A stretch of DNA of 64,000 bases from a virus, in the IMG/VR virus record IMGVR_UViG_3300017917_000405, positions 30,729 to 94,728 of that record; one strand, 5' to 3'. The translations under genes and the position numbers were made by a program. Positions 39,781 through 49,373 of this stretch are shown here, piece by piece; position 1 is the first letter of the stretch, and every line of letters begins with the position of its first letter. The notes beneath the pieces were generated by a model. It saw only the letters and a list, made by a program, of their open reading frames with translations. It made no database searches and had not been told where the DNA came from.

Positions 39781-40895
39781 TCATTCCTCTTCCCCTTCCA
39801 GTAGGGAACTCAGGGCGGTGACTACTTGAACTACAGGCACAGTCGCAGCAGGATGCACACCATCGTCACCCTCAATAAACTCCATTGTTACTGCGATGCA
39901 GTCTTTGATTGCTTGCTCACGCGCCTGCTTGATAAGTTCGCAACGGCATGTAACCCAACCCTGAACATATGTGGCTGTTCCGTGTGAATGCTTAATTGGT
40001 TGTGGATCATCACAAGGACATAACGGATCATGCTTCATCTTTTCCTCCAATTTTTAGCAAGGGTCTAATAAGATCTCCTATATCTGGAACAATGGCACAC
40101 CAATCACATTGTGGATTATCTTCATCAAGACATTCATCATGTACTGATCTATTAATAATGTCAAGGGTATCTAGAATACCCATCTGATACCCCACATCAT
40201 ATGAACGTGCCCTCATTTTTTCTTCATAAGTAGGAGGAGGATCTTCTTCGCAGGTACATGAAACACATCTATCTGTTTCTGCACTAATTAAAAAGCATCC
40301 TCGTTCGTCTGCATTATTGCAAGGACATTCGGGTTTGTGTGTCATTCCTTATCCCTAATATATACTCTGTCACCTTTTTCAGCAAAGGCTTCCATCCAAA
40401 ATCCTAGATCCTCAGGAGGGGTAAATCCAATAAAGCACATCATTCTATCATCGTTATATCTTACCCATATGTCATAGCCTTCTTGTCCCGTCGCTGTCAT
40501 ACCCTGCGAGGAATGAGTGCTACATTCTGTATAGGTAAAAATGATATCAGCCATCGCGTTTCTCCATTTTGGTTATTTCCTTTAAATGTGCTGCCATCTT
40601 TTCTCCAGCAACGATACCTTCTTTATAGCCCTGTCCCCAAGATTCTTTGCGTGCCAAAGCAATCTCATGGCAGCAACAGGCATACCTTGGATCTTCTTTA
40701 GTCATACAGAATCTATCGTGCTTCATTCTTGATCTTTTTTAACCTTTTCTTGAATTTAGCCTTGTACTTTATCTTTGCATCATTATATCCGATAACATAC
40801 GACTTTTCATGCTGATTATTTCTAATCTTTTTAATCATTGCACAGTCACATACTCCAAATGCAATAGATCCCATACAAAGTTCATCGTGTGTCAT
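39781..40895 (-). CDS. Small hypothetical proteins, three with an M(T/K)HxxxC...CxC motif (39781-40050, 40028-40345, 40713-40895), plus 40342-40554
   Basis: MKHDPLCPC..CRC, MTHKPECPC..CTC, MTHDELC..CDC. Confidence 0.6.
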
Positions 40896-41106
40896 CGGTA
40901 CTTCTTCCGCAACTGCCGTCGCAGTCCAGCCTTAACAAGTTGCTGATAAGCCTGACCATAGAGTTTTTCAACTCCCTCGCCACCTTTACCAGAAACAATA
41001 CGCTTTAGGTTTCCAGAGGCAGCATCCATGTCTCGCTCTAGGCGATCCTTTTCTTCCTGTGTCATAACACTCCTTTTTGTATCTCAGGGTTTTGTCGGTT
41101 TCCGCG

Positions 41107-41179
41107 CTGGAACGGCAGGATTCGAACCTGCGACTTAGGGATTAACAATCCCCCACTCTGCCAACTGAGTTACGTTCCA
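41107..41179 (-). tRNA. tRNA-Asn(GTT)
   Basis: Canonical cloverleaf TGGAACG...TTGTTAA...GGTTCGAATCC...CGTTCCA. Confidence 0.92.
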
Positions 41180-41315
41180 TTGTTACATTTGCAAAGGGTA
41201 TCTGGATGATAGTTTCTGAACAATCCATCAAGATGTTCTCCACAACCAGACCAAGTATATTTATTGCAAGTCTGACATACGACTACGCTACACATAGCAT
41301 AATTGTATATCATAG

Positions 41316-41386
41316 AGCCACTAGAAGGTATCGCGCCCTCTTCACCGCTTTACAAGAACGGTGCATTACTTTTATGCTATAGTGGC
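41316..41386 (-). tRNA. tRNA-Thr(TGT), atypical D and T loops
   Basis: Acceptor GCCACTA/TAGTGGC; anticodon loop CTTGTAA; T loop CGCGATA. Confidence 0.75.
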
Positions 41387-41814
41387 AAATCTAGTCTCCA
41401 ACTGCCAAACTCTTTTGCTGTTCTTCTTCTGTGGCAGTTAACACACACAGTATCACATTTATCTAATTCTTCAATTAATTCTTCTATTGGAACTTTTATT
41501 CTTCTCAAACTTGAAATAGTATATTTTTTTTCTTTACTATTTCTATGATCAAGTTCCATTACTACTGGATCTTTTTCACCGCAATCCATACACCCAGTAA
41601 CAATTTTTTGTGCAATATATGCGTCTACCTTTGCTGTCCATATATTATCGTTATTTTTTACATATACGTCTTTATGCTTATTATATTTTTCTGGATTATT
41701 TTTATAATATTGCCTCATATATGCCGCGTAGCATGGTTTACACCTTGACCTACTTCCAGAAACTAAATTTTCTTTCGTAAGTTTTTGATTACACGATATA
41801 CAGTAATTTCTCAT
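41377..41814 (-). CDS. HNH endonuclease
   Basis: CISC..CKPC..CMDCG...LDH...KCDTVCVNCHRRRT. Leaderless start 41814; stop lies inside tRNA-Thr. Confidence 0.88.
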   Translation of the reverse strand: MRNYCISCNQKLTKENLVSGSRSRCKPCYAAYMRQYYKNNPEKYNKHKDVYVKNNDNIWTAKVDAYIAQKIVTGCMDCGEKDPVVMELDHRNSKEKKYTISSLRRIKVPIEELIEELDKCDTVCVNCHRRRTAKEFGSWRLDLPL

Positions 41815-41839
41815 GTTATAAGTATAACATAACTTATAG

Positions 41840-41913
41840 TACGCAGCCAGGGAATTGAACCCTGCTCTAAGTTGCTTATAAGACGACTTCTGACCACCAG
41901 CCAGCCGCTGCGC
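41840..41913 (-). tRNA. tRNA-Ile(TAT)
   Basis: Acceptor GCGCAGC/GCTGCGT; anticodon loop CTTATAA; T arm CAGGG-TTCAATT-CCCTG. Confidence 0.8.
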
Positions 41914-41953
41914 CAAGCAGTTTTATATGCTTATTATATGTCCTACAACTAGG

Positions 41954-42208
41954 CTATGTCAAGCCCAACTTCTGATAGAAATCATTCTTAGGAAATGCAC
42001 CAACAATATTTGCTAGAACCTCTCCATTATTTTCAAGAATGAATGTTGGTACGCCAGAGACACCGCTGACCTTTGCCATATCTGGATTCTGGTCAATGTC
42101 GATCATTTCATATTCAATTTCTGGGTGCTCTTCAATTACCTGCTTGATGATAGGCTTCATCATCTTGCATGGCTGACACCATTCTGCTGTGAAATGCTTT
42201 AATTTCAT
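41954..42208 (-). CDS. Thioredoxin
   Basis: FTAEWCQPCKMMKP...GVPTF. Confidence 0.9.
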   Translation of the reverse strand: MKLKHFTAEWCQPCKMMKPIIKQVIEEHPEIEYEMIDIDQNPDMAKVSGVSGVPTFILENNGEVLANIVGAFPKNDFYQKLGLT

Positions 42209-42232
42209 ATTTCTCCTTTATTAGTATTGCCG

Positions 42233-42305
42233 CGCCCCTGGTAGGAATCGAACCTACGACTAATGGATTAGAAGTCCACTACTCTATCCGCTGAGTTACA
42301 GAGGC
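42233..42305 (-). tRNA. tRNA-Arg(TCT)
   Basis: Canonical cloverleaf; anticodon loop CTTCTAA; GGTTCGATTCC. Confidence 0.93.
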
Positions 42306-42333
42306 AAGCGACAAAACATCAACTTCCCAAGCG

Positions 42334-42404
42334 AGCGACAGACGGGTAACGCTCCCGCGTATCCAGTTTGGAAGACTGGCGCATTGCTTTTATGCTACTG
42401 TCGC
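42334..42404 (-). tRNA. tRNA-Gly(TCC), atypical D and T loops
   Basis: Acceptor GCGACAG/CTGTCGC; anticodon loop CTTCCAA; T loop AGCGTTA. Confidence 0.75.
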
Positions 42405-42913
42405 GTATTTTTTAAATAGTTTGCAAGATTTATTGCACTATTATAATTATCATCTAAAAGACCAATAGCGCGATTGCATTTATCACACAAAAGACCTCTA
42501 ACACATTTACCACAAGATCCCTTTTCTTTATTACAACAAGAATGGTCATGATCTACAGATAAATTTTTCCCACTATTTTCTTTTTTTGTTCTTCCACAAA
42601 TATAACATCCACCACTATTTTTGTCAAGCATTTTTGTATATTCTTCAATACTAATGCCATAGTGTTGCTGTAAATATAACTCTCTTTTAACAATAGATTG
42701 ACAATCAAGACACCTTGATTTATGCGTCCATTTTTGTATATCTTCAATACTAAATATTTTTTTACAGCGAGAACACATTTTTTGTTTATCATTATTTATT
42801 TGCCAACCAAGATTTCTTCTTTTTGGAGGAAGTTTTCCTCTTTTAACACAATTGCTGCACATCCCATGAGACTTTGCACCTTCTCTAATGCATCCATTAA
42901 TACATTTGGTCAT
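42395..42913 (-). CDS. Endonuclease VII-family (His-Me) homing endonuclease
   Basis: YGISIEEY...CYICG...LSVDHDH...VRGLLCDKCNRAIG; stop lies inside tRNA-Gly. Confidence 0.9.
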   Translation of the reverse strand: MTKCINGCIREGAKSHGMCSNCVKRGKLPPKRRNLGWQINNDKQKMCSRCKKIFSIEDIQKWTHKSRCLDCQSIVKRELYLQQHYGISIEEYTKMLDKNSGGCYICGRTKKENSGKNLSVDHDHSCCNKEKGSCGKCVRGLLCDKCNRAIGLLDDNYNSAINLANYLKNTRQ

Positions 42914-42934
42914 ATTTAATTGTACCACAAATAA

Positions 42935-43438
42935 TTAAATATATGCCCAGTCTGGGTCTGGAGTATAGTCCTTTGCGTGTCCAGCAACAGGCCAAAAGTA
43001 ATTACATTTTTCACAACATGATACTTTTTGTTTTGTTCCTTCATACCAGAAGTCAGCGTAGAACCACATATCTTTAAGATACAGGTTTTGACGATGTGAG
43101 TTATGTACCCTCATGTCGCCCAACCATGGCGGCATTACGATACCATTGCCACGAAACCAGTTAGCATCATGCATCTGCTCAATTGCAGTCCAGTTCTTTT
43201 CTACACTTATGCCACGAGCAATGCATTCATTTTTAATAGCAGTAAGGTATAGATACAAAGCATTATCATAGTTGCGCCACATCTTTACTGCTGGATGGTT
43301 TACCCAAGCACCAGATGTTCTATTCGACGAAATGATCTGATAAATTTGCCTACCTTCAAGTAGTTGTTTGTTTAACCTGCGGTTATCAAGTGATTGTGCA
43401 GATTTATTAAAGTTTTTGAACGGAACAAAGGTTTGCAT
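42935..43438 (-). CDS. Pyrimidine-dimer DNA glycosylase (DenV/Pyr_excise-like)
   Basis: MQTFVP...LDNRRLNKQLLEGRQI...HPAVKMWR...PPWLG..HNSHRQNL. Confidence 0.8.
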   Translation of the reverse strand: MQTFVPFKNFNKSAQSLDNRRLNKQLLEGRQIYQIISSNRTSGAWVNHPAVKMWRNYDNALYLYLTAIKNECIARGISVEKNWTAIEQMHDANWFRGNGIVMPPWLGDMRVHNSHRQNLYLKDMWFYADFWYEGTKQKVSCCEKCNYFWPVAGHAKDYTPDPDWAYI

Positions 43439-43526
43439 TATTGCCTTTCTGTTGTAGCAATTGTATCAGCGTTTGGTAGATATTGCAATAGAAATGAATA
43501 AAATTATAAATGAAATAATAATTAAA

Positions 43527-43802
43527 CTAAATACTAGATTTAGACTCACGTTCTTCATTCTTTTCAATAATTAAAAGCATATTTTCTTCATTATCAAGAA
43601 TTAAATTTCTGTCAACGTGTGAGGGAATATGATCTCCGATAGACCGATGATATTCAATATGTCGTAGCATCTCGCTTGTTGAATACGCCTTAAATGATCC
43701 TAAATCACTTCTAGCAGAACATCCACAACAACAAAGATAGCCATCAACATCCATATAAATATATGCATCGCTACCTTCCCAGCCGAACCTACAATAACTC
43801 AT
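43527..43802 (-). CDS. Hypothetical protein
   Basis: MSYCRF...CCGC...H motif, 91 aa. Confidence 0.6.
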   Translation of the reverse strand: MSYCRFGWEGSDAYIYMDVDGYLCCCGCSARSDLGSFKAYSTSEMLRHIEYHRSIGDHIPSHVDRNLILDNEENMLLIIEKNEERESKSSI

Positions 43803-44556
43803 TTTTATCTCCTATACTATTTGGCTTCTGGTGATTATTAAATTTATTTCCATATATATCTGTTCCAGAATAATATGTTCTATCAAAAATTTCACCAATG
43901 TTTATTAAATTTTGCCTTACGCTATTATGATCCTTAGTTGCTGATATATTATTTTTTATAAAATCATCAGACATTACTTCGTTAGCATTAATTATAGAAT
44001 ACTCTTGAAACGCCCCTCTTTCAAATGGTATTAGGCAGGCTATTGGGTGTCCAGGAGCAACAACTACTTTTAAGTTTTCAATATTTAAAATAATATTTAT
44101 CGTAAACGTATGTTTGAGGTTATCTGTTTCAACAACCCCGCACATAGTAGTCATGTTTGGATTAACATAATTTGGTGGGTTCATTGTCATTAAATTTATA
44201 TTTTTAGGTGTTTTTAATATAAATGGTAATTCAATTGTAATAATTCCATATCCAAAATGAGAAGTTACAGTAACATTTGACCGATCTACAATATCTTCAT
44301 AGTCATCGAAAAACGTTACTATGGTATCAGATGGCAGATCTCCTCCGTTCCACACGGCCTCAAATCCATACGGAACAGACACCGAAAATCCCTGCTGATT
44401 TCCAATTATAAGAGGAAGGCATCTATAAAAATCTGTTGTAAACCAATTTCTACGAATCACACCATTGAAAGGAGCAATTATGTCTGGCAGTTTGCTCATA
44501 TCAAATGTGGTCGCTGGAATCGCAACAATAGTTTTATCTGGAACTTCATCAAACAT
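43789..44556 (-). CDS. DUF6065-like protein
   Basis: RNWF...YRCLPLIIGNQQG...SHFGYGIIT...PPN...GVVETD...IPF. Confidence 0.65.
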   Translation of the reverse strand: MFDEVPDKTIVAIPATTFDMSKLPDIIAPFNGVIRRNWFTTDFYRCLPLIIGNQQGFSVSVPYGFEAVWNGGDLPSDTIVTFFDDYEDIVDRSNVTVTSHFGYGIITIELPFILKTPKNINLMTMNPPNYVNPNMTTMCGVVETDNLKHTFTINIILNIENLKVVVAPGHPIACLIPFERGAFQEYSIINANEVMSDDFIKNNISATKDHNSVRQNLINIGEIFDRTYYSGTDIYGNKFNNHQKPNSIGDKNELL

Positions 44557-44697
44557 TAGTTATTCTTTAACAATCTATTTAATTCTTCTTCAATATTTTC
44601 TAATTTTTCTTTTACTAAAGGAAGAACAGTTTCGCAAGACCTACATAAATCGTTTGTTTTAATAAACTTATATGCTGGTCCACCACAAAATGCACAG

Positions 44698-44955
44698 TTA
44701 TAGATTGACACGACCATGCTTCCATTCTGAGTAACCCAACTCTTCAGGCTCGGCGTTCTTGCGAACAATCTTTTGCTGTAATTGGTCCATAGACATTGCA
44801 ATTGCCTGCCCTATTTGCTCCATAGCAATAAAGATATCTTCTGGGTGATACTTCTCGCCCTCTTTAAAATACTTTGATTCATAAAGGACTCCGATAACAA
44901 GGTCAGCGAACTCGTCTGGAGTCATGTAGGTAATCCTATTTAGTTCTTGTGACAT
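44698..44955 (-). CDS. Hypothetical protein
   Basis: 85 aa within a dense minus-strand operon. Confidence 0.55.
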   Translation of the reverse strand: MSQELNRITYMTPDEFADLVIGVLYESKYFKEGEKYHPEDIFIAMEQIGQAIAMSMDQLQQKIVRKNAEPEELGYSEWKHGRVNL

Positions 44956-45090
44956 TTACAACCACACTTTCCAAAACTAAACTGATAAGGACAATCCTTA
45001 TCATGTCCCGTCAAGCACCAGCCCGACTTCGTTTCTAATTGTACATCAGGTGTCGGAGGCTTGTCAATAAAATTTTCTAACTTCTTTTTT

Positions 45091-45531
45091 CTAGCCATTC
45101 CAACCCTCCACGGTAGTAGTAGGTATTCCATTCTCTTCCCACAATCTAATTACATTTGGATTATCATCAACTGCATGAACTACAAAATAGTCTTCATTAA
45201 CTAGTTTTAGAATATCTTTTTTAACTTCATAGTCTGGTCGATAATCATTATTATCACGCATATAAAGGTAATCATATGGAACCATAAACTTTGTTAGCCA
45301 TAGTTCTGTCTGCATTCTCCATCTATTATGTCTTGCCGTGACAACAATAATTCTATGTCCTTTCAGCCTTGCCCTTACTGCCATATCTATAACATAGTCG
45401 TGCGCTGGAGCATTGAGAGCACCACTATGAAATGCATCAAAGTCTTTTGGTTTCTTTAAAACATGATGAACAATAGAACTTGTATCCACCAGCGTTCCAT
45501 CAACATCAAAGATGTATGCAGTTGGCTTCAT
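45091..45531 (-). CDS. HAD-family phosphatase (polynucleotide kinase 3'-phosphatase-like)
   Basis: IFDVDGTL...VTAR...MR..D.RPD..VK...VDD. Confidence 0.85.
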   Translation of the reverse strand: MKPTAYIFDVDGTLVDTSSIVHHVLKKPKDFDAFHSGALNAPAHDYVIDMAVRARLKGHRIIVVTARHNRWRMQTELWLTKFMVPYDYLYMRDNNDYRPDYEVKKDILKLVNEDYFVVHAVDDNPNVIRLWEENGIPTTTVEGWNG

Positions 45532-45708
45532 GGCTTCCTATAAAAATATTCTTCTGGAACAATACTATTAATCTTTTTTATTGTTCTACGCATTGCTGTA
45601 TTCTTTTTAAGACCAATAGAACCAGCATGAACAATGTATGAGTTTGCTGGAGAAGAGATAAGGTACGCCTCGCTCTTCCAAAAGATTCCTTTTTTAAATA
45701 AAATAATC

Positions 45709-45894
45709 TTATACATCGTACTGGGCCAAGTCTAGCGGAGTTGGCGCAGTAATCTTTGTACCACAGTAGGCACATTCAGCGTCTAACAAATACATTCCAA
45801 TCTCGTAATCTTCGTCAAACTTCACCTGAACGGTAAATAGATCAGACGAGCAACTTGGGCATTCTCTAGTAGGAATACCGCGAGCGTCCATCAT
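45709..45894 (-). CDS. Small zinc-ribbon protein
   Basis: CPSC...CAYCG..TAPTP. Confidence 0.65.
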   Translation of the reverse strand: MMDARGIPTRECPSCSSDLFTVQVKFDEDYEIGMYLLDAECAYCGTKITAPTPLDLAQYDV

Positions 45895-46222
45895 TATGCT
45901 CCTTCATAATAAAACATTAAGACTTCTTCGTAGTCGTCATAAAATGACTCATCCACTCCCTAATTGTACAACAGAGAGTGGATGTATGTCAACTATGACT
46001 GACGGGCAAAAATGGCATCTATTTCTGCCTTATGCGATGGTGTCAGCGCGGCATTCCTTAGACGATCCCATTCCTTCTGGATATTTTCTACTTCGCTTGT
46101 GGCTCTGTCTTGAAAAAGTCCAGCAAAAATTGAATATGCTTTCATTATTCCTCCTTGTGGGTTGATATATCTATCATAACAATGAAAGCGTTTCCAGTCA
46201 ACCGCTAAGACTGTGAGACTGA

Positions 46223-46603
46223 TCACGAACCATGTGATTTTGCTGCACTTTGTTGCTGTTGTTGCTGAGATGCCTGTTGTGCTGCCGCTGCTGCGTCTGC
46301 TGCTGCCTGGGCTGCTGCTTGCTTTGCTGCTTTCTTTGCAGCCTTTGCCTTTGCCTGTACTACATTCATATCTGCAGAATTTGCAGAAGCAACTTTAGGA
46401 GCATTTACTGGAGGCTGTGGCATAGCAACATCAGTTGTTGTGTCCTGTCCCTGATCCTGCTCAGTTCCTGCAATGCTTGCTCCTGCTAGTCCAGCAGTAA
46501 CGGCTCCTGTTGCAGCAACAGACCCAATAAGAATTGCTGCTGTAGTAGACTTAACAGTCTTTAATCCCTTATTTCTTCTTGCTATTTGTTTTTCTAATGA
46601 CAT
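46223..46603 (-). CDS. Membrane-anchored Ala/Gln-rich protein
   Basis: Basic N-terminus, TM segment, low-complexity stalk, C-terminal KSHGS. Confidence 0.65.
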   Translation of the reverse strand: MSLEKQIARRNKGLKTVKSTTAAILIGSVAATGAVTAGLAGASIAGTEQDQGQDTTTDVAMPQPPVNAPKVASANSADMNVVQAKAKAAKKAAKQAAAQAAADAAAAAQQASQQQQQQSAAKSHGS

Positions 46604-46702
46604 AAGTAAAACCACTCCTTTTAGGTTATATATTTATATTACCCAAAAAGAGTGGCCCTACCTACGTTTTATGCTTGAAAAGCGCTGTGAGAACTCTGTG
46701 AG

Positions 46703-47323
46703 TTATCGTGTGCGGGTTAGCCAAGCAGCACGACTCTTGCGTAGCCAGTATCTCCAACTATACAATGTGTCATTTTTTCTGGCTGGTGCGTAATCCTTGT
46801 GATTAAGAATGCGATACTTAAATCCATTCCATCCACATGCCTCACGCAAAGCAACATTTAGTTTTGCCATTGCCTTCTTTTGTGCCTTAGTTAGATCCTT
46901 CTTTGTTCCCTTAGAAACAATTTCTGTGCCAAAAAATGCGACATTTCCCATGTTTTGCTTTACTGGTAGTGAAGACCAATGTGATCCAGAAACTGTTCCG
47001 AGACCTGCGTGCCATTGTGCCTTGGCCCCAACAATATAAATGGTTCCATCTCTATCACAAACGGCATTGCACCATCCATGTGATTGTCCTGGTGCGATAC
47101 ACCAATTTACTACACCAGCATTATCTCCAGTCTGGTTTCCCTTTGCTGCTGGATCTGTGCTAGATGTTGCAGCACCAGCGGTATGGTGATGCATGGAAGC
47201 AACTGGACGACCATTTGGTGTCTGCCAGTTATCTCCACGAGTACGCCAACCCTTTGCAAACTTTACCTGCTCCTTTGGAAAATGCTTTCTTAGCGCGGCC
47301 TTAAGGTCATCATCAAATGCCAT
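46703..47323 (-). CDS. Endolysin, N-acetylmuramoyl-L-alanine amidase (Amidase_2)
   Basis: HHTAG...WHAG...GTEI...NHKDYAPARKND zinc amidase motifs. Confidence 0.85.
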   Translation of the reverse strand: MAFDDDLKAALRKHFPKEQVKFAKGWRTRGDNWQTPNGRPVASMHHHTAGAATSSTDPAAKGNQTGDNAGVVNWCIAPGQSHGWCNAVCDRDGTIYIVGAKAQWHAGLGTVSGSHWSSLPVKQNMGNVAFFGTEIVSKGTKKDLTKAQKKAMAKLNVALREACGWNGFKYRILNHKDYAPARKNDTLYSWRYWLRKSRAAWLTRTR

Positions 47324-47448
47324 TAATCCTCATCCTCCAAGTCTACAACGCCAAATTCAGCCTCTCCCTTAAAACCAGGATTCTCCTCTGGCATTGCGTT
47401 TTCTCCATATGGTGATTTCATATTTCCTCCTTTGCTAATTATATCTAA

Positions 47449-48153
47449 TCAGCCTGTTAAATGCTTGCCGAAGACGCTATCTACATATCGGCCCTTCTGC
47501 AACTTAATCAAATCTCCTACTGTTCGCATCTCAGCCATCTTCAATGAGATAAGACTATTAAGTTGGTTTATGATCAACAGTAGTGCGGCTACTGAAAACC
47601 ACTCAAACCATGACTCGTTTCCTGTAATTAGCAAGAATGCTGCATAAATAAAAATAAACATAATTAACAATGCAATAATGATTGCAAAGATTGCTTTAAA
47701 TACCTTCATACTATTCCTCTGATTCGTAAGTAATACCAAGTTCATCAATTGTAATGAACCCATCGTTTTCTATAATTTCTTCATGAATAATTCCATCAAC
47801 CTCATATTTGACTGTTGAGTAGAATGCACCGTACTTGATAATTTCTCCAAGACAGTTCTCTTCAATGAGCCATACTGGGTGATGACGATACAAGGTCATC
47901 TCGTACCTCTAGGTGGATCGCCAACAGCACCATCAAAATAACAACGCTCTCCAAATGCCTCAATTATGTTTCTTAGTTTTTGTAGATACTCCATGATGAC
48001 AACACGCCTTTCATCTGAGAAAGACATAATTTGATTTTCATACACACGAATACCAATATACCCATTCATCTCTACGAAATCAACTACCAGACCGTGGTAC
48101 GGTGGAGGCATCTTATGAACTGCCTCTGACATTTGCTTAGTAAACTTAGCCAT
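47449..48153 (-). CDS. Three small proteins (2-TM protein ~47449-47709; 47711-47899; 47896-48153)
   Basis: Coupled ORFs; the first has two hydrophobic helices and lies near the endolysin. Confidence 0.55.
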
Positions 48154-48421
48154 TGATATTTTCTAGCACCTGCTTCCATATCTCTTGTGACTTATGAGAG
48201 TTTCTAGAGTTATCTGGTTTACCATCTACCAAGAATACTCCACCCCATACGCCCCAAGAATCTGTTTCTGCTCCGTAGTCAAAGCATTCCTTTGCTACTG
48301 GGCAGTCCAAACAAATATTATCTATTGCGGTTGCCATGCCAGCATCATATTCGTACTTTTCAAAGAAGGTATCCGTATCCATGCCAAGACATTCTGCATC
48401 TTTATACCAGTCGTTCAGCAT
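48146..48421 (-). CDS. whiB: WhiB-family transcription factor
   Basis: W...AEC...FF...CLDCPVAKEC...WGVWGG. Confidence 0.92.
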   Translation of the reverse strand: MLNDWYKDAECLGMDTDTFFEKYEYDAGMATAIDNICLDCPVAKECFDYGAETDSWGVWGGVFLVDGKPDNSRNSHKSQEIWKQVLENING

Positions 48422-48623
48422 ATTTGTTTGGCACACTCCATCCGATACCGTTTGGCTCGTACCTCTTTGCTATACCCCACCTACCATTACGAAACATTCC
48501 ATTCTTCTTATAGAATGCTTCATCATTTGGGGTCCAGTCAATAATGGTCCAGCCTTCCCAAAATAGATTCTTGCGTGACGTTACGAGTCGATGTGCTGAA
48601 TCGTAATCAATAGTTATACTCAT
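48402..48623 (-). CDS. Hypothetical protein
   Basis: Trp-rich 73 aa ORF upstream of whiB. Confidence 0.6.
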   Translation of the reverse strand: MSITIDYDSAHRLVTSRKNLFWEGWTIIDWTPNDEAFYKKNGMFRNGRWGIAKRYEPNGIGWSVPNKYAERLV

Positions 48624-49000
48624 CCTGTATAAACCACTTTCTTTATTCCCGATCTTTTTATTTGTTTGTAACAGCGATCACAAGGCCTACTCATTATAGG
48701 GTCACCGCTGCGGTTTGAACGTGCAACATAAATAGTAGCACCTTTAACTTTCTTTGCACGACGCAAAGCATTTACTTCTGCATGAACAGAGCAATGTGTC
48801 TTAATATGTTCTTCAGACACCTGTTCTGGCCTGTTACGTTCAGTATTTACTGCGGTAGCAATTACTCTGCCACCCTTAACAATAACAGCACCGTGTTTCA
48901 TTCGACAGTCTGACTGAGAAGCAACGTAGGTAGCAAAAGATAAGTATGCTCTGTCAGTCTTGGACCACGAATCAATTGTTTCCGTGGAAATTACTCTCAT
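48620..49000 (-). CDS. Zinc-dependent cytidine/dCMP deaminase family protein
   Basis: HGAVIV...HAEVNAL...PCDRC. Confidence 0.88.
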   Translation of the reverse strand: MRVISTETIDSWSKTDRAYLSFATYVASQSDCRMKHGAVIVKGGRVIATAVNTERNRPEQVSEEHIKTHCSVHAEVNALRRAKKVKGATIYVARSNRSGDPIMSRPCDRCYKQIKRSGIKKVVYTG

Positions 49001-49001
49001 A

Positions 49002-49361
49002 TTACAACCTATAAATGCTTACTGGAATCTTCTGCTCTTCTGCAGAAGAAAGGACGGTATCAAACGGCTTGTTAGCCTCATTCTTTGTAGAGAAATATAG
49101 TACAGCATCAATATTGTAGTTGTCAAAGTCTTGTGCTACATCAGCGTATCGGATGCGACGGAAGGAAGGCCTTACGCCCTTCTGCCTAAGAAATCCTTCT
49201 GATCTATTGACAAACTCTGCCGAATATGCGTTAATCTTATGTGGGCCAGCAGAAAGAATTTCTAATCTATCCATACCTGGCTGATCCATAGCAACAACTA
49301 CACCACGCATAAATGTGGCATAGTCAGCAAACTTTTCTGATCCATATACTAAAATTTTCAT
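49002..49361 (-). CDS. Hypothetical Rossmann-like (SLOG/YspA-like) protein
   Basis: MKILVYGSEKFADY N-terminus. Confidence 0.45.
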   Translation of the reverse strand: MKILVYGSEKFADYATFMRGVVVAMDQPGMDRLEILSAGPHKINAYSAEFVNRSEGFLRQKGVRPSFRRIRYADVAQDFDNYNIDAVLYFSTKNEANKPFDTVLSSAEEQKIPVSIYRL

Positions 49362-49373
49362 AGATAGATTGTA

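Noticed and set aside
41815-41916. N-terminal extension of the HNH ORF
   Set aside because: It overlaps tRNA-Ile; a leaderless promoter supports the start at 41814
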